The notes under the pieces are model-generated. The model worked only from the letters and a program-made list of their open reading frames with translations, had not been told where the DNA came from and searched no databases. DNA of 64,000 bases, from positions 14,886,816 through 14,950,815 of the forward strand of contig OZ316895.1 in assembly GCA_973895155.1 (NCBI GenBank), in the 5' to 3' direction. A program made the translations under genes and the position numbers. The DNA comes from Marsupella aquatica (lineage: Eukaryota; Plantae; Marchantiophyta). This document shows positions 1-13,488 of this stretch, piece after piece (positions within the stretch are counted from its first letter, which is position 1; each line of letters begins with the position of its first letter).

Positions 1-2001
1 ATCAGTCACTGCCAAGAATCTATGCATGAAACAAACATGAAGGTATCGAATATGTATATGCATTACAGACTTTCATGCTAGACAGTGGCCGAAGTTAAAA
101 TGAACTAGTTTTGACTTTATGACTCTCTGAATGAAAATATTTTATTTCAGAATTATATTCTATTTCAGAATGGGTTCAACTGTGTGGATTGTGAACTGTC
201 CCACTTGGAATTCCACTATTTGGGCTATCTAAGAATGCAGTTCAAAGGACATACAATGCAAGACAGTTAGAGATCATGTCTTCATTCCGACGTCCAATTG
301 GACATTTTATGTCACAAACTGCGCAAGCAATGAAGTCCATGGAATTTTCTCAAAAATGCAGCTTCTGTTGTTGGTAAAAGCAACTATGAGTTTCCTATTG
401 AGTGCCCCCAATGCACAATACTACCAGAGGCCCACTTTAGACAACGATGGCTGTTATTACTTATTGGGAACTCGGATGCATATATATTGAAATGCTTCGC
501 AGAGTGTTCCGACCACAGGCAAACCTAACATCAATCTCAACATTCAGTCCCGTCTCAGAATTGATTTAGAGGAGGCTTAGCATTCAATACAGTGTCAACA
601 ATCAGACTTGTCTTCACATTCAACATCCGATTGCAAGGGGCTTCGATGAAAGCACAAGACAGAGCTATAGAAGAAGAGACAGAGGAAGGCACCTGTGTGT
701 TTGGGGAAAATGTGAAGCTCCAAAGACCACCCTAAACTGAAGTCGCAGCGCGCAGTTGGCCGGTTGTAGGTTGATAAAAGCAAAGCATAGAGCCACTTGG
801 ACGTCTGCAATGTTGTGAACTTGCTCCTTTCCTCACACTGTGACCGATGTAGCAAGGCACAACAGTCCTATCAATCCCCACAGAATGTGGAATCTTTCCG
901 TCGCAGTTGAGGTCCTATGCCTGATGACATGATCAAGAATGAGTAGCTACAATGTCCAGTCTCTCTTGACAGGGTGACATAGCAGCAATACATACATTGG
1001 ATCAAAGCACGAGTCGGAGAAAAACAATGAGAGATAAAAATGGACTTTTGCTCACCCATGTGTTGGATGGAAGAATGCAGCTACGAGGGCCGGTCTCCAG
1101 CTACAGCTCCTTGATGGCAAACCGCAGGCTCTTCCCGGTTCTTCAACCAAAAACTGACCCGAAACACACTCTTGCAATGTCCTGAGTTAGTCGCAACAAC
1201 TCCAATGTAGGTTGCAGCTGCCAATCCGTTCCCTCCGCCCTCCTTGCCAATGCCAACTCCCGATAGCAATGAGGCTTGTTCAGCTGACCTCCTTTGTAGG
1301 AGCTCCCAACTCCCAAAGGAAAATTGTCACTACTCAGCTAAAAAACGGCCCCTGGACCTTGTCGCTGCCAATGTGCGTCGTGCGCTCAGTTCTCCTGCCC
1401 ACCAAGAACTTCAACTATAACTTCAACTCCAATGCCCAAGAAGATTGATGAGCTCCTTAGTCAAAGACGCAGCTGGAAGGGTATGCACGCACTTACAGTT
1501 CACTAAGCTCCAATGCCCGGGACGATTGAGGAGCTGGTCCTGAGACTGGTCGCAGCTTGCACTCTTCACCTCAGGAATCCCGCGACGTTGTTTGAGCTCA
1601 CAATACGCTTGGAAGAGAAGGATAGCTGCAGTAGACTTCACCCTAAGTCTTTACGCCTCCCACACAGGTCCCGCATTAGTAAAGCTTGTGCAGTGCCTTC
1701 CGCAATAGTAGCAAAACTCCCGACTGACTCCCTCCTTCCGCAGCAGTAGTGATCACCTCCCTTGGCGCAACTGTGAATGCGCTCTACTTGCAGCCCAAGG
1801 ACTAAAATGTCCTCAGCACGCAGCGATGGAAGGTTGGCAATGGGAGAAGTTACATACGGGACCCACACCACCACAATGAGCTCGTAGTTTTACGAGGGAA
1901 AGTGAAGGAAATGCGCACCCTAGCCAGCCGCAAGGATGCACTTCCGCCTTGGTGTCTGCACCTTCTCCCGTCTCCCGATCAAACGAAGCTCAGACATGTG
2001 T

Positions 2002-2230
2002 GACTAAACGGGACGTGCGACTAAACGGGACGCGGGAACGGAAAAGTTTCACCTGATGGTGGCGATCAACTCCATCCAATGGTGCATGTCCCCCGATTAA
2101 CCCCCTCCCCCTTGAGATCAATATAACCCCCACGCCCATGTCATATAACCCCCCTAAACCCCCTTTAGGTGTCTTGGTAAAACCCCCCTAAAACCCCCTT
2201 TAGGTGTCTTGCTACAACCCCCCCTAAACT
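2002..2230. repeat. Short direct-repeat cluster, probably the subterminal region of a decayed transposon
   Basis: GACTAAACGGGACG occurs twice (~2002-2032). ATATAACCCCC occurs twice, and AAACCCCCTTTAGGTGTCTTG occurs twice (~2156-2211). No recognisable ORF lies next to it. Confidence 0.5.
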
Positions 2231-5157
2231 CTGGCAGGATCGGTTACATGCATGTGGATGAGTTAGCTAGGCCTAAACTGCACTTCATGTAACACAAAAC
2301 CCAAAAAAAGCCTCCCTAGCAAACCCTTATGCCCCTTGCATATAGTTCAGTCAATGGCTATGTAAAGCGTAATCCCATGGCTCAGAATGTGTATGGGATC
2401 GGGTAAATATCCTTTAACCAAGCATATGGCACTACATTATTTTAAAAAGTGTTCAATGGCCACAATGAAAATGAATGGACAAGTCAATTTTGTTGACTAA
2501 ATTGGACTTGGCTTACTATTGGCCATTGTCTTATGTTGACTAAGTATGACTATGTAGTCAGACCTGAATGACTCATTCAATAGAGCAAGATTTTTAAAAA
2601 GTTCAATTGTCTTAAGTAGTCATATACATGACTACTAATGACTATCAAGTCTTGTGGGGTCTCAAAAATAAGACTGATGTTCAAAGGTTGCACTTGCGTG
2701 GTCACCCCAGTCACAAGTGGTTTGGTCACGAAATGCCCCGGTTTCTACTATTGAGTTACAATACAGTAAATGCTTTTTACTATTCAATCATAACTACTGC
2801 TTTATCTATAATATTGTATTGACTACTTTCTGGTACCCTTTTGATTCCTACTAATTGATCTTATGCTATATAATCCTCTGCCTTTTCGCTAGATCTTATA
2901 TAGTTTACTAAATCCATCACATTCTACCAGGTTTATTACATGCTTTACTGTGCTCCACCTATGACTAGGAGTACTTTAGATTAACATATTAGTCTTGTGT
3001 GCATCCTACCTCTTGGATCTTTTACGCATGCTGGGATATATATACAGTTCAATTACTAACCTCAATTACTCATTAACCTGCTTTTTCCTCACAATGATCT
3101 TGATTTACCATTGTTTTGAATCTCATTATCTTCGATGGACTTGGTACTAGCTTGTGTACATCCATGTGTTGTTATATCCCTGTCATGACTTGTGCTGCCT
3201 TGACTGTGTTCCTGATTTGTCAATGTGAAGTATTGACTTGGCCTTGAATGGGTGTCGACTCTTTGACATCTCTCTCTCTCTCTCTCTCTCTCTCTGTGGA
3301 TACGTTGCGACAGTATATATATAAATAAATAAGTAAGTATATGAATGACTAGTGATATGTAATCCCTAGAAACGCCATTGACATCCTTCTGACATGTGTA
3401 ACACCCACCAATTATAATACATTACACATGTAATACCTATGTATGGTCTATAAACGGTAAATTATGTATTTTTTTCTCAACCACATGGAATGCATTACCA
3501 CCTTACGATCACCATCCTGAGATAGGGTAGCCCAGCAATACTTAGCGCCAGCCCTACTGGCGGCGACCCTAACTTACCCCCTCCTCTATGGCCTACCTTC
3601 AAACTAAAACCTCTGCCCCAACTCGAACAATCAGTCGTGCATACATTTTTTCAACTACACATTGCCAATCTCCACAGGCTGTCTCACGACAACAGCGCAG
3701 TCCAGTTTACACATTATTCAGAAGATTGAAGCAGCTACACTAGTGCAAACTGACAATCTGCATAGGCTGCCCACTACTGCATCGCCACAATTTCCATCAT
3801 GGCTCGTGCAGGATAGGTATGTGCAACCAAACCTCATTTTTTATCATTTTTATGAATGATTAAACGTTTTTTCCATAGACAATACCAGCTAGCCTAATGT
3901 TGGTTCATGTCTCCCCGTTACCGCCGCGGCTTTTGGTAGCAGAAACATGGAAATAGGGATTGAATGAAATTGATTTTTGATCCTGCCCCAGGGACGGGGG
4001 CTGAAAGACGACCCTGGGGTCTGTGATGCAGACTACGTCTCCTGCATTCCGACATTAGTTGATGGTCCACTTCACACAGCATGACTAGCTATGTTGATGC
4101 ATCGCATAGACGTCCTGGCTGCAACCGGGAGAACACTCTTTTCTAGCGATACTAATCTCTCTATGTATGTTCGTTACTAACCACTATGTCTCAATGTGAA
4201 TGTTTTCATTTGAGTGCCGACACTCAAATAATGTACTGTATGCCCCGATAATGCGCCTACGACTGCTCCAACCACTTACACTGCAATCACTTCTACCTTC
4301 TAAATAGCCCCATAGATACTCACCGCATGTCAATAGAAACGTTCTGTTGCAACTTCAAAACACAGAGTGAACTACGACAACACATACACATTTAATACCT
4401 AGCTATTTATTACAAGGATTGTTACTCTTACTTTTCGCAGTTACGACATAAGCCTGCTTGACTAATGACTGCACCGCTACCTAGATTGTATGATCGTCGT
4501 TTTTAATGACCATACTGATCCCTGAGTGTATAACTAAGACTTTGATATGTCTGTGTTCGCAATTCATGACTAACTCAAGATAAGTGTCGATCGATGGCTT
4601 AACTAGATCAAGTGAATGACTTGGTATGTGAGTATTTAAAGAGGCACAACTCGTTACCATACTCGACGCTATATAGACTCTGCCTATGCCTACTATGACT
4701 TAGTCCAGACTTGACAATGGCCTTGAATGGGTGTTCTTCTTATGAAATTATCTCTCTCTCTCTCAAGTGACTTTGTTACAATGAGCAAGCATCATACACC
4801 AGTGGCATACACTAGCCCTGGTATATGCAAGGTCACAAACAACTAACCTTACCTCAGTTAAGTCCCTAATTGTGGTTAGCCTAGTTACCGTAACCTATGA
4901 GTCACAAAATTAAGAGCAATACTTAACAGAGCAAAGTGTGTCAAATTCCCAAGAAAGCCATATCCATGTCCATCTGATTTCAAGAATAATAGTAGCATGA
5001 CTGCCAAGCTTTGCTCAAACCCACTCTTACCTCCCTACCTATTCTCTCACTCTAAAACTTGCCACCACCTGAGGGTCACTATCTAGAGACTTCACTCTAG
5101 ATAAGAGGCCCCTTACCCTAAAACTTGTCTATCTAGAGGCTTCACTCTAACGGCTAG

Positions 5158-5287
5158 GATTCTGAATGACCCAACACAAAGGATAAACAGAGGCTCATTA
5201 ACACACTCACTGTCCACAACCCGATTCTGAATGACCCAACGCAAAGGATAAATAGAGGCTCATTAATACACTCACTGTCCACAACCC
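5158..5287. repeat. Tandem duplication, 2 x ~65 bp
   Basis: GATTCTGAATGACCCAACRCAAAGGATAAAYAGAGGCTCATTAAYACACTCACTGTCCACAACCC is repeated head-to-tail with about 3 transitions. Confidence 0.9.
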
Positions 5288-6026
5288 TCTTCATCTGCTG
5301 CCCGCTAAAAGTGAGCAACCACATAATTTTCTTAGCATTAAACGAAGTGAATATAGCCCACCTTTGGGTCAAAAGAAACTTGCACCTTACTAGATTGAAA
5401 CCACATACTTGCCTGGCCCCACACTTCTATAGTGCTAATAGTCCACAATCTAAGTATTTCATGTTAAGTTTCATTTGCACTTGTACTTATATCAATATCA
5501 GGGTTGGGCAAGAGCCTTCTAGTTGTACAGGATTATGCATTAGTGTGCATCCATATTGTTAATCGCGCTGAATTCCCAATGTGACAATAGATAATTACTT
5601 ATTAATGCTTTACTCTAGACATGAGCTAGGACTCCAAATGTAACTTTACACAACTAATTATTACGGACCCCACTAGAGGTCCCTTCCAAAATTCCTGGCA
5701 CCACAGCGTGCCACGTAAACAATAACCGCAATAAACAAGACTCGTCGATTTTGTGAATCAAACTTATAGTTTTTAGTCGTGTTTGTGTCAATTTGGGTGT
5801 AAATTTTGGGACGCCGTGCCGTAAAGAGAAAAGTAAAAACATTAGAAATGCAAAGAGCAAGACGGTTAAAACTGTCACTATGTAACCGTTTTAGTTACAT
5901 TTTCAATTTTAAAACTTAAATTCAAAGATTTATAAAAAGTATTTTTCATATAATAAATAATGACTAATAACTAACTTGATAACTTTCTTGTTAAACTGCA
6001 ACTCCCGGTATGTAAGGACCTCTTGT

Positions 6027-6440
6027 ATTGTATGGCCATTAATCCTGGGAAGAGCACATAGAGACCCAGGATCGGGGAGGAGGAATGGCTGGAATCTTGA
6101 AAGTTCATTCTCAAAACAAAAAATACCCAGTCGTAGATCTCGTTGAGATCTTTCTTTTGCACCCTAGATCGCCTTCTAACATGGATGAATAAGATTTCTA
6201 GAGGCATTACAAAATGGACGGCAAAGATCGTAAAATCAACAAAATCGACGGCTAGGAAGGCTTGGATTTGTTTAATTTTTCATTTGAAAAATATTAACCC
6301 ATTTGCAAAACGGACAGAACCCATCCATAGATCTATTTGAGATCTTTCTTTTGAGCCATAGATTGGCCATTATGATGGACGGATGAGATTTCCGGAGATA
6401 AGAAATGGAAACGGCTCAGATCTACTCTTCCCCCTGATTT
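6027..6440 (+). repeat. Dispersed TE-derived repeat (copy 1; diverged copy at ~17337-17765) with an internal ~195-200 bp period
   Basis: Collinear shared blocks: TGTATGGCCAT, GTAGATCTC, ATCGCCTTCTAA, GAAGGCTTGGAT, TTTTTCATTTGAAAA, TGAGCCATAGAT, ATGAGATTTCYGGAGAT. TAGATCT...GATCTTTC recurs at ~6133 and ~6327. Confidence 0.8.
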
Positions 6441-7157
6441 TATTAGCCAAGGGGTCCACGAACTAATTAAAGCTTCACTCTAGACAATGGGACTTAGAAT
6501 TTTACTTTTAAGGACTAAATATTAGTTAGATTTCACTATGAGACACCACAAAGAAAGTGAAGCCCAAATGGACCTCCATGTTGGACAAGGTGCTCCCATG
6601 GACCATATTTTTGTGGTCCATGGGAGTTTGAGCTTATAACTTGATGATTATGAGTCATTTTTAGTTTTTCACCTGCAAGGCAACCAGATATAAGAACTTG
6701 GAGTAGATATAAAACAAACATAAGCCCTAATATCTCATAGTAACACAATGAAAATTAATCTAATAGAATTTACCCCAGCCTCCACATTCCATGATGAATA
6801 AGTAAACCAAAAGGGCCAAAAATTCACTACCACTTTGATGGAAGTGTACCACTTTGATGGAAGTGTAGCTTACCTATTCCTCTAGCACATACCCAAAACC
6901 AAGTTATGAACACCAAGTTGTTACAATTAATCTCAAATTTGGAGAAATATGGGCCAAGGGGGTTTCGAAAGACCAACTCCATGGGAGCAAAACTTTCCAC
7001 CACAAAAGAAGCGTCTCTTGTAAATTCCTCACACCTTTATGGAGGTCGGTATAGCGTGCTTCCCCGCGCGGCCCTATGGAGGTCGGTATAGCGTGTTCCC
7101 TCGCACGGTATCAAGGTGAGGTGGGTGGAGGTGGCGTTGCTCATATGCCCGGAGTTA

Positions 7158-7166
7158 TTAGGGTTT
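7158..7166 (-). promoter_or_regulatory. Telo-box (AAACCCTAA) upstream of the RBM28/NOP4-like gene
   Basis: TTAGGGTTT lies ~105 bp upstream of the ATG at 7271. Telo-boxes are typical of plant ribosome-biogenesis and translation gene promoters. A 21-bp direct repeat TATGGAGGTCGGTATAGCGTG (x2) lies just upstream at ~7038-7095. Confidence 0.55.
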
Positions 7167-7270
7167 ACGGGGGAAGAAGGGTTCTAAAGGGTTTAAGCAG
7201 CACGGAATTTGGGATTTTGGACTCGCAGCCGAGAGGAGCCTCTTACGCACACCGCTTGTAAGGAAGATCG

Positions 7271-10200
7271 ATGGAGAAGGGTGCTGAATCGCAAGGAGCT
7301 ACGGACTCAGCTGATGATGTGGATGCGCACACTGTTTTCATCCGAAGTCTTCCATTTTCTATCACTGATTCTCAGGTTTTCCTCCACATGATCCTGTGAC
7401 AGCTTCGCCTTAGAATTTCCTTTCCATGAAGCCGAAAGAACAACTTCTGTATGACAAGGGCCATCGGATTGGATTTATTGTCCGGGTAGAGGCGACGTCA
7501 GGAGATTGACTGTTAACGACTTTTGATGAAGTGGTCCCCTTAACTACTGTCCGGGCCGTCCCCTATGATTCACAATTGACCCAAGCTTGAGAAAGTTTTC
7601 GTATCGTCGGTTCTCAGCTGATTACACAAGCCTTTGAGATGGAAGAACTGAGAACATGAAGTAGTTCTGGTAGAGATAGAATGGTCGAAGAGAAATTGTC
7701 ATGCGCACATGTGAATGGTCTGCGTTTCCCTAATACGTCAAGGATAATATATCTTATTTCTCCTGAGGTGGAGCAGGAAAGAAAGGCCACCACTTTTAGA
7801 AACAATGCGGAAGAAATTTTGTATGGTTCCTTCGGATGGATCCTACTTCATGCTGAATTGTATTCTTGTTTGTACAAGATTTCCACTATTCATGGACCCG
7901 ATCGGTGATTTTGTTGTGTACCTAAAAAGTTTTATTCGGTTTGATGTCAGCTCGAGGATGTTTTCAGCGAAGTTGGCCCCGTCAGGCATTGCTTTACAGT
8001 CAAGGAGAAAGGTCAGTTGTCATCCCCAAATTCCCGGTTGTTCGTTTCGTTTCACCAATTTTGTAACAGAAATGCAGAAGAGAGATGCGGTCGACAAGAC
8101 AATCCAGTTCTAAATTTTCAATCGAATCGTTCGCAGGTTCTGACCAACACAGGGGATTTGGGTTCGTTCAATTGTGAGTACCTGATTTTTATGAATTTTC
8201 ACTTTATATCGTGAGAGTTATTTTGGCGACTTGGTTTGATTTCTTCGACTGTAGCAACAGTTTACTTTCGTCTCATATAACGTGTATATCCTCGTTCTTA
8301 GAATGACCTGCATTCTAGACTGAGCTGACAGTTAGGCGTTTTGGTCTGTGATTTTGCAAATCACTGTAGTGCTGTGACTGAGGATGCCCATCGCGCTGTT
8401 CAAGAGAAAAATGGCGCTTTACTGCAAGGTCGGAAAATTAAGGTGGAGATCGCCAAACGCCGAGCGCCTCTCAATGTGCGGCTTCCTAAATCTGACTTAC
8501 CAAAATCAACCACTCCGGGTCATGAAGGGAGTTCGAAACCTGGTTCAGATAAACTGGATTCTAAAAAGAGGAAGTCGACAGAGGTCCCCAGTGTCCCAGC
8601 TATCGAGAATGCTGATGGCGACCTTCTTGATGGCAAGAAAAAACTAAGAGCTGGCAGCATGGCTGTAACGGCAAAGCTTGGGGAAAAGGCCAAAGCGGAT
8701 GTGAAAGACAGACACAAGAAAGATCTCGGTCAAGAGCCTAAAATTGGACAACCTCTGGAAAACGCTGGTAGGGAGCTGAAAAAACGCCAGACGAAAGTAA
8801 AATCTGGAGACACAGCTCACCAGACAAAGGAAGATGTGGAACCAGTAGGCTCATCTAAGCAAAGACCTGCCAGAACTGTGGTGGTGGGTGGTTTGACAAA
8901 CACGGAAATGTTGGATCTTGTTCACAACGAAGCGAAAAAAGCTGGGCCAATAGAAACCATCCAGAAGACTATGACAGAGCTTGAACTTAATAGCCGTGGT
9001 CTGACTAAGGATGGTTGTAAACCCAGAGCTGCAGCAATTGTCTTCCTTTCAGTCAATGCAGCCCGTCAGGCAGTGGCCCTGCTTCATAAAAAAACTATTG
9101 CTGGGGGTATCGTGTGGGCACGTCAACTCGGCGGGGAGGGGTCAAAATTGAAGCAGTTGCGCTTAATAGTCAGAAACTTACCGTTTCAGGTGACGGAAGC
9201 AACGCTGCGAGAGCTATTTTCACCTGCCGGTTTCGTGTGGGAGGTAACCATTCCTCGCAAGCCTGATGGCCTCTCTAAGGGATTCGCTTTCATTGGCTTC
9301 ACAAGCAGAATGAATGCTGAACGAGCTATCAAACTGGTGAATGGCAAACTTGTAGCGAAGAGACCAGTCGCAGTGGACTGGGCTGTTGCTAAGAAACAAT
9401 ATGAAGCTGCTGTTGCTCCAGCGACCCCTTCAATTGCTCCAGGTTGGTTTTCGTCAGTCACCAAATCTTAGATTATTCTTTGTTGTACTTTTTCAGACTT
9501 TTGTAAGATCAACAATTCGTGGGCGGAAAACATGCCAATAATATCCCAGTGTCTCTTGTTCAAGCTGTCTGCTTGATTTCAATAACGTACTATCTCTCAC
9601 CAGAAATTTTGCTCACAGCAAATGATGAATTTATCCTGGATTTTCCAAAGGATTATGGTATTCCATTCCTCCCCCTGAAGGCTCATCAGTTTTAATTCGA
9701 TCCGTTACCATTAGCCCACGAATGATCTTTGTTTAATCGCCAAGTCAAGTTTACGAACTGGAAGTTGATGGCAGATGCCGATTTGGATGAAGATGAAAGC
9801 ACAGCAAGTGAATCTGAGTTTGACGAAAGTGATGGTAATGGTGATGATTCTGAAATTGAGGATTCTGCAAGTGACGACGAGACTCTCAAGTCAGAGGACC
9901 GGAGCCAGGAGGATGTTGCGGTTGGAAAGCATCAGATCGCCAAGGAAAGGTCAAGCTCTGACAGCGATGAAGTAGTGCCCAAATCGAAGAAGTCTGGTCG
10001 TATTGTCGAAGATGAAAAATATGCACAACTAGAGACAATGGACAGGACGGAAGAAATGGACATGATGAAGAAGATTCTGACAAAAGTAGTTGCATCAGCC
10101 CCTGAGCCTCCAAGTGATGATGAAGAAGTAGTGGAGGCACTTGAAAACGAGCGTCCTAAAACGAAGCAGTCAAAGTCTACGGTAACCGAAGATGTGTCCA

Positions 10201-13076
10201 TAGAGAAAGTGACCTCAAATGGGACGACAGCAGATGTAGTCATGAAAGTCGAGGGTGCTGAGCCAGAAGAAAATGAAGCGGATGGTGAAGAAAGTAAGCT
10301 GAGCCGGACTGTCTTCGTCAGAAATCTTCCGCCAGATGCAAAAGTTCCTGAGTTGCGGAAGTTATTTGCAGAGTTTGGGGAAATAAAATCATTTAGATTG
10401 GTGCTCCATCCTGTCACCAAGTATGACCCTGTTATTTTCTTACTATCTATTTGAGTGTTTTGGCTCGTCATCTTGTGGTGGTCTGATTGAATTGTGGTCA
10501 ATTTGTAGTAGTCTTCTAGGCGATGTCTCGAGTCCGTACCATACACCTCTGAAGGCGTAGAATCGTCAGTTTGGCCTAGGAAATTCTATTCCAATGTTGC
10601 ACCTAAGTCATGTCTACGTTGTTATTACTAGTAATATGTGCTTTACAGATAATCAGGATAAACTTTGAAGATTTTAATATCGTGACAATACAAGGGCTTG
10701 CTGGCTCTCTGTTCCTTGAATATTGAACTGCGAATGGCCAAATGTCACAATTGTTTTTGATCTGGCTCCAGGAAATCCAAGGGAAATGCCTTCTTGGAGT
10801 ATGCTGACCAAGAAGCAGCCCAAGCTGCTGTTGCAGCCGCGGCAAAAAATGGGCCGGATGATGTGGGGCTCATGTTGAAGGGACGAGGTGTGATTGTAAG
10901 CATAGCTGTAGATAAAAATTCTGCTCGGAAGATAGCCAAAGAGACCTTTCATAAACAGGTCGAGGAAGATAAACGGAACCTTGCACTGGCAAAGGTAAGA
11001 ACTTCTCCGCTGATCTGGTTGCAGTTATCAAATTGTCAAAGCAGTCGTCAAATCTTCTCGAATTAAGCTGAAAGTTGTGCGGCTTGATGGTATGGTGCAT
11101 TAGATTTCTGATTTTTTAGGAGAACACATGGGATTTATTTCTCTCAGGTTAAGAATGTTTCGTTTACGATGAAGTACAGGAGGGACAGATACTGTCAGGT
11201 ACAGCAGCAGCAGAAGGAGTTTCTAAAAAAGACATGTCAAAGAGGCAACAGTATGTCTCACACTTTTCTTGGTATCTTCTGAATTCCGTATATAGTACAC
11301 TTTTCTTCATAGCGTCTGAAGTGTGTTTATTCACTTCAGTGACTAGCCTTTAATACTTACAATATTGTGTGCGTGTTGGGAAGATTGGAGCATGAAAAGG
11401 CCACGAAGTTGCGCAGCCCAAACTTTCACGTATCTAAAACACGACTCTTGGTCCATAACATCCCAAAGACAATGCCGGAGAAAGAGTTGAAGAAGCTTTT
11501 CATTGAGGCAGTCAAAGCACGTGCATCGAAGCAAAACCCTGTTATCAAACAGGTATGATAAGGGTTCTCCAATCACAGCATAACCCCGTAGCCAAATGAA
11601 TGTCAAAATCGTTTGCATACAGTGCATCATGTTCGAGGAAGAAATTCATGAAAAACAGAGATTCTAGTACTGGTCTTACCCATATCTTGTCTTAATTTTG
11701 TCGAAATTGGCTGATGGACATCATTGATTTGTTCTCACGTCTCCTTATCTTCGTGCAGGTGAAGATTTTACGGGATGAGGAATCACAAAAATCTCGAGGA
11801 GCTGCATTTGTGGAGTTCACAGAGCACCAACATGCATTAGTGGGTCTAAGGGTGCTGAACAACAATCCTGGTCTGCTTTCTTCCCTAACTTTCCTCATAT
11901 GTTTCGTGGACTGGCATCTTAAAGTGAACTGTGATGAGTCTTCCTGATGTATGGCCTTCATGTCATGTCATGCGCATGATCAGTCATACTGAGACCATCG
12001 AAGGACTCGACTCATGTCTTGTTCCGGTTGAATGTGCAGCCACGTTTACTGCAGAGTCTCGCCCCATTGTAGAGTTCGCAATTGAAAACTCGCTTATACT
12101 TCGAAAACGTGCTGCTAATGCAGTCCAGGCTAAGGGTAAGGCACCACAAAGAAAGAGAACAGATGGGGTAAACAATGTGGGTGAGAATGTCCAGAAGATT
12201 GGTAACATTCAGCAGAAGACGAGACAGGCTGGAAAGACTGCTGTTGCTCAAGTTGCGGGAGAGGATACTGTCGTCAAACCAGACAGAAAAAGAAAGCGAG
12301 GGCGGGATAGTCGTGAACCTAGGAAGCCTACCAAGGTGGGTCAAGGTGGAGTACAAGAAACTGCTGCGCATGATGGGCTTCTTGAAGAACCAGCAAATGG
12401 AATCAAGCAGGATATTAAAGCTGTACGAAAACTTAAAAAGGGAAAGACAAGTGGTGCAGATAGAAAGGCAGCCCAAGCAAGACGAGCATCAAGTCAAGCT
12501 ACAGATGAAGAAGCAAAAACCGAGATATCAGAAAGGAAGCCAAAGCTAAAAATTCAAAAAAAGGGAAAGAAAGGAAACAAGATACAAGAAGATCAATTGC
12601 CAGAAAGATCGCAACCCGGCAAGCGGCCAATTTTGTCGAAACGCGTCATTCCAAAGGTGGGTCAGGGATTTGAAGCTCCCGGAGACTTGATATGGTTCTA
12701 TTTGCATATCATCTGAACCTCTAGAGTCTAGTGTTCTCTTGATATGGTTCTATTTGCATATCATCTGAACCTCTAGAGTCTAGTGTTCTCACAAGCTATG
12801 TTATATCTTGCAGGAAACTGTTCTCACAAGCTATGTTATATCTTGCAGGAAACGAATGCCAAGAACACGGGGCCTCGACAATCAAGAGTCTCTCTTCGAG
12901 AAAATGAAGTGGAAGGCAAGCAACGAAGAAATCGTCGCAAAGGAGGAGACACTCAGGATCAGTTGGACAAGCTTGTTGCAGAATATCGCACGAAATACTT
13001 CTCAGTTGTTAGTAAGCCAAGTTCTTCAAAGGGTGTAACTGCGGCATCTGGGGACCTTCGACGATGGTATGAATAG
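7271..13076 (+). CDS. RBM28: RBM28/NOP4-like multi-RRM nucleolar RNA-binding protein (60S biogenesis), ~11 exons
   Basis: Approximate GT-AG exons: 7271-7375 (MEKG...TVFIRSLPFSITDSQ), 7951-8011 (LEDVFSEVGPVRHCF), 8137-8173 (HRGFGFVQF), 8370-9442 (LIVRNLPF, KGFAFIGF, RPVAVDWAV), 9775-10420 (acidic linker, TVFVRNLP), ~10772-10993 (KGNAFLEY, DKRNLALAK), ~11180-11251, ~11385-11552 (PNFHVSKTRLLVHNIP), 11759-11870 (SRGAAFVEF...LRVLNNNP), ~12040-12656 (RPIVEFAIEN), 12849-13076 (LDKLVAEYR...LRRWYE*). Confidence 0.93.
12686..12853 (+). repeat. Two nested tandem duplications in the last RBM28 intron (2 x 52 bp, then 2 x 35 bp including the splice acceptor)
   Basis: CTTGATATGG...GTGTTCT starts at 12686 and again at 12738. 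TGTTCTCACAAGCTATGTTATATCTTGCAGGAAAC occurs twice, with AG ending at 12813 and 12848. Confidence 0.92.
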
Positions 13077-13259
13077 AGTCAGGAGGTATATACCCTGTAT
13101 GAAAAGGATTCAGACGAGAACCTGCAATTTTTGGGCCATGTGAAGGCTCTGAATTAGAGTCGACCCATGCTTGCCCACCTCCTGTCTCTGGGCCATTTTC
13201 ATCTCATATGAGTTGAGGCAGAAGATGACACATGCATTACGCACTGAGATGATCAGGTG

Positions 13260-13488
13260 GACAGCTGCGCGATTATGCAAACAACAAGTGACAATTGTGA
13301 CAAGGTGTGGACGATGAATATCCATGATCGGTTCAATTCGTGACGGCGTTCATCGAGGCCGTGAAATATAAGGTGAGGAGACAGCGCGATTATGCAAACA
13401 AGAAGTGACAATTCTGACAAGGGGTGGAAGATGAAAATCCATGATCGGTTCAATTCGTGTGGCCGTGAAATAAAAGGTGAGGAGACAG
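13260..13488. repeat. Imperfect tandem duplication (~110-120 bp x2) in or after the RBM28 3' UTR
   Basis: GCGCGATTATGCAAACAA...TCCATGATCGGTTCAATTCGTG...GGCCGTGAAATA...GGTGAGGAGACAG is present twice. Confidence 0.88.

Noticed and set aside
1-1990. Short ORFs and a CAVC motif on the - strand
   Set aside because: All frames are interrupted and no family could be recognised. This is probably a TE relic but cannot be supported.
9932-10546. 204-aa antisense ORF (likewise 12012-12476)
   Set aside because: It is the mirror of acidic or basic RBM28 exons.
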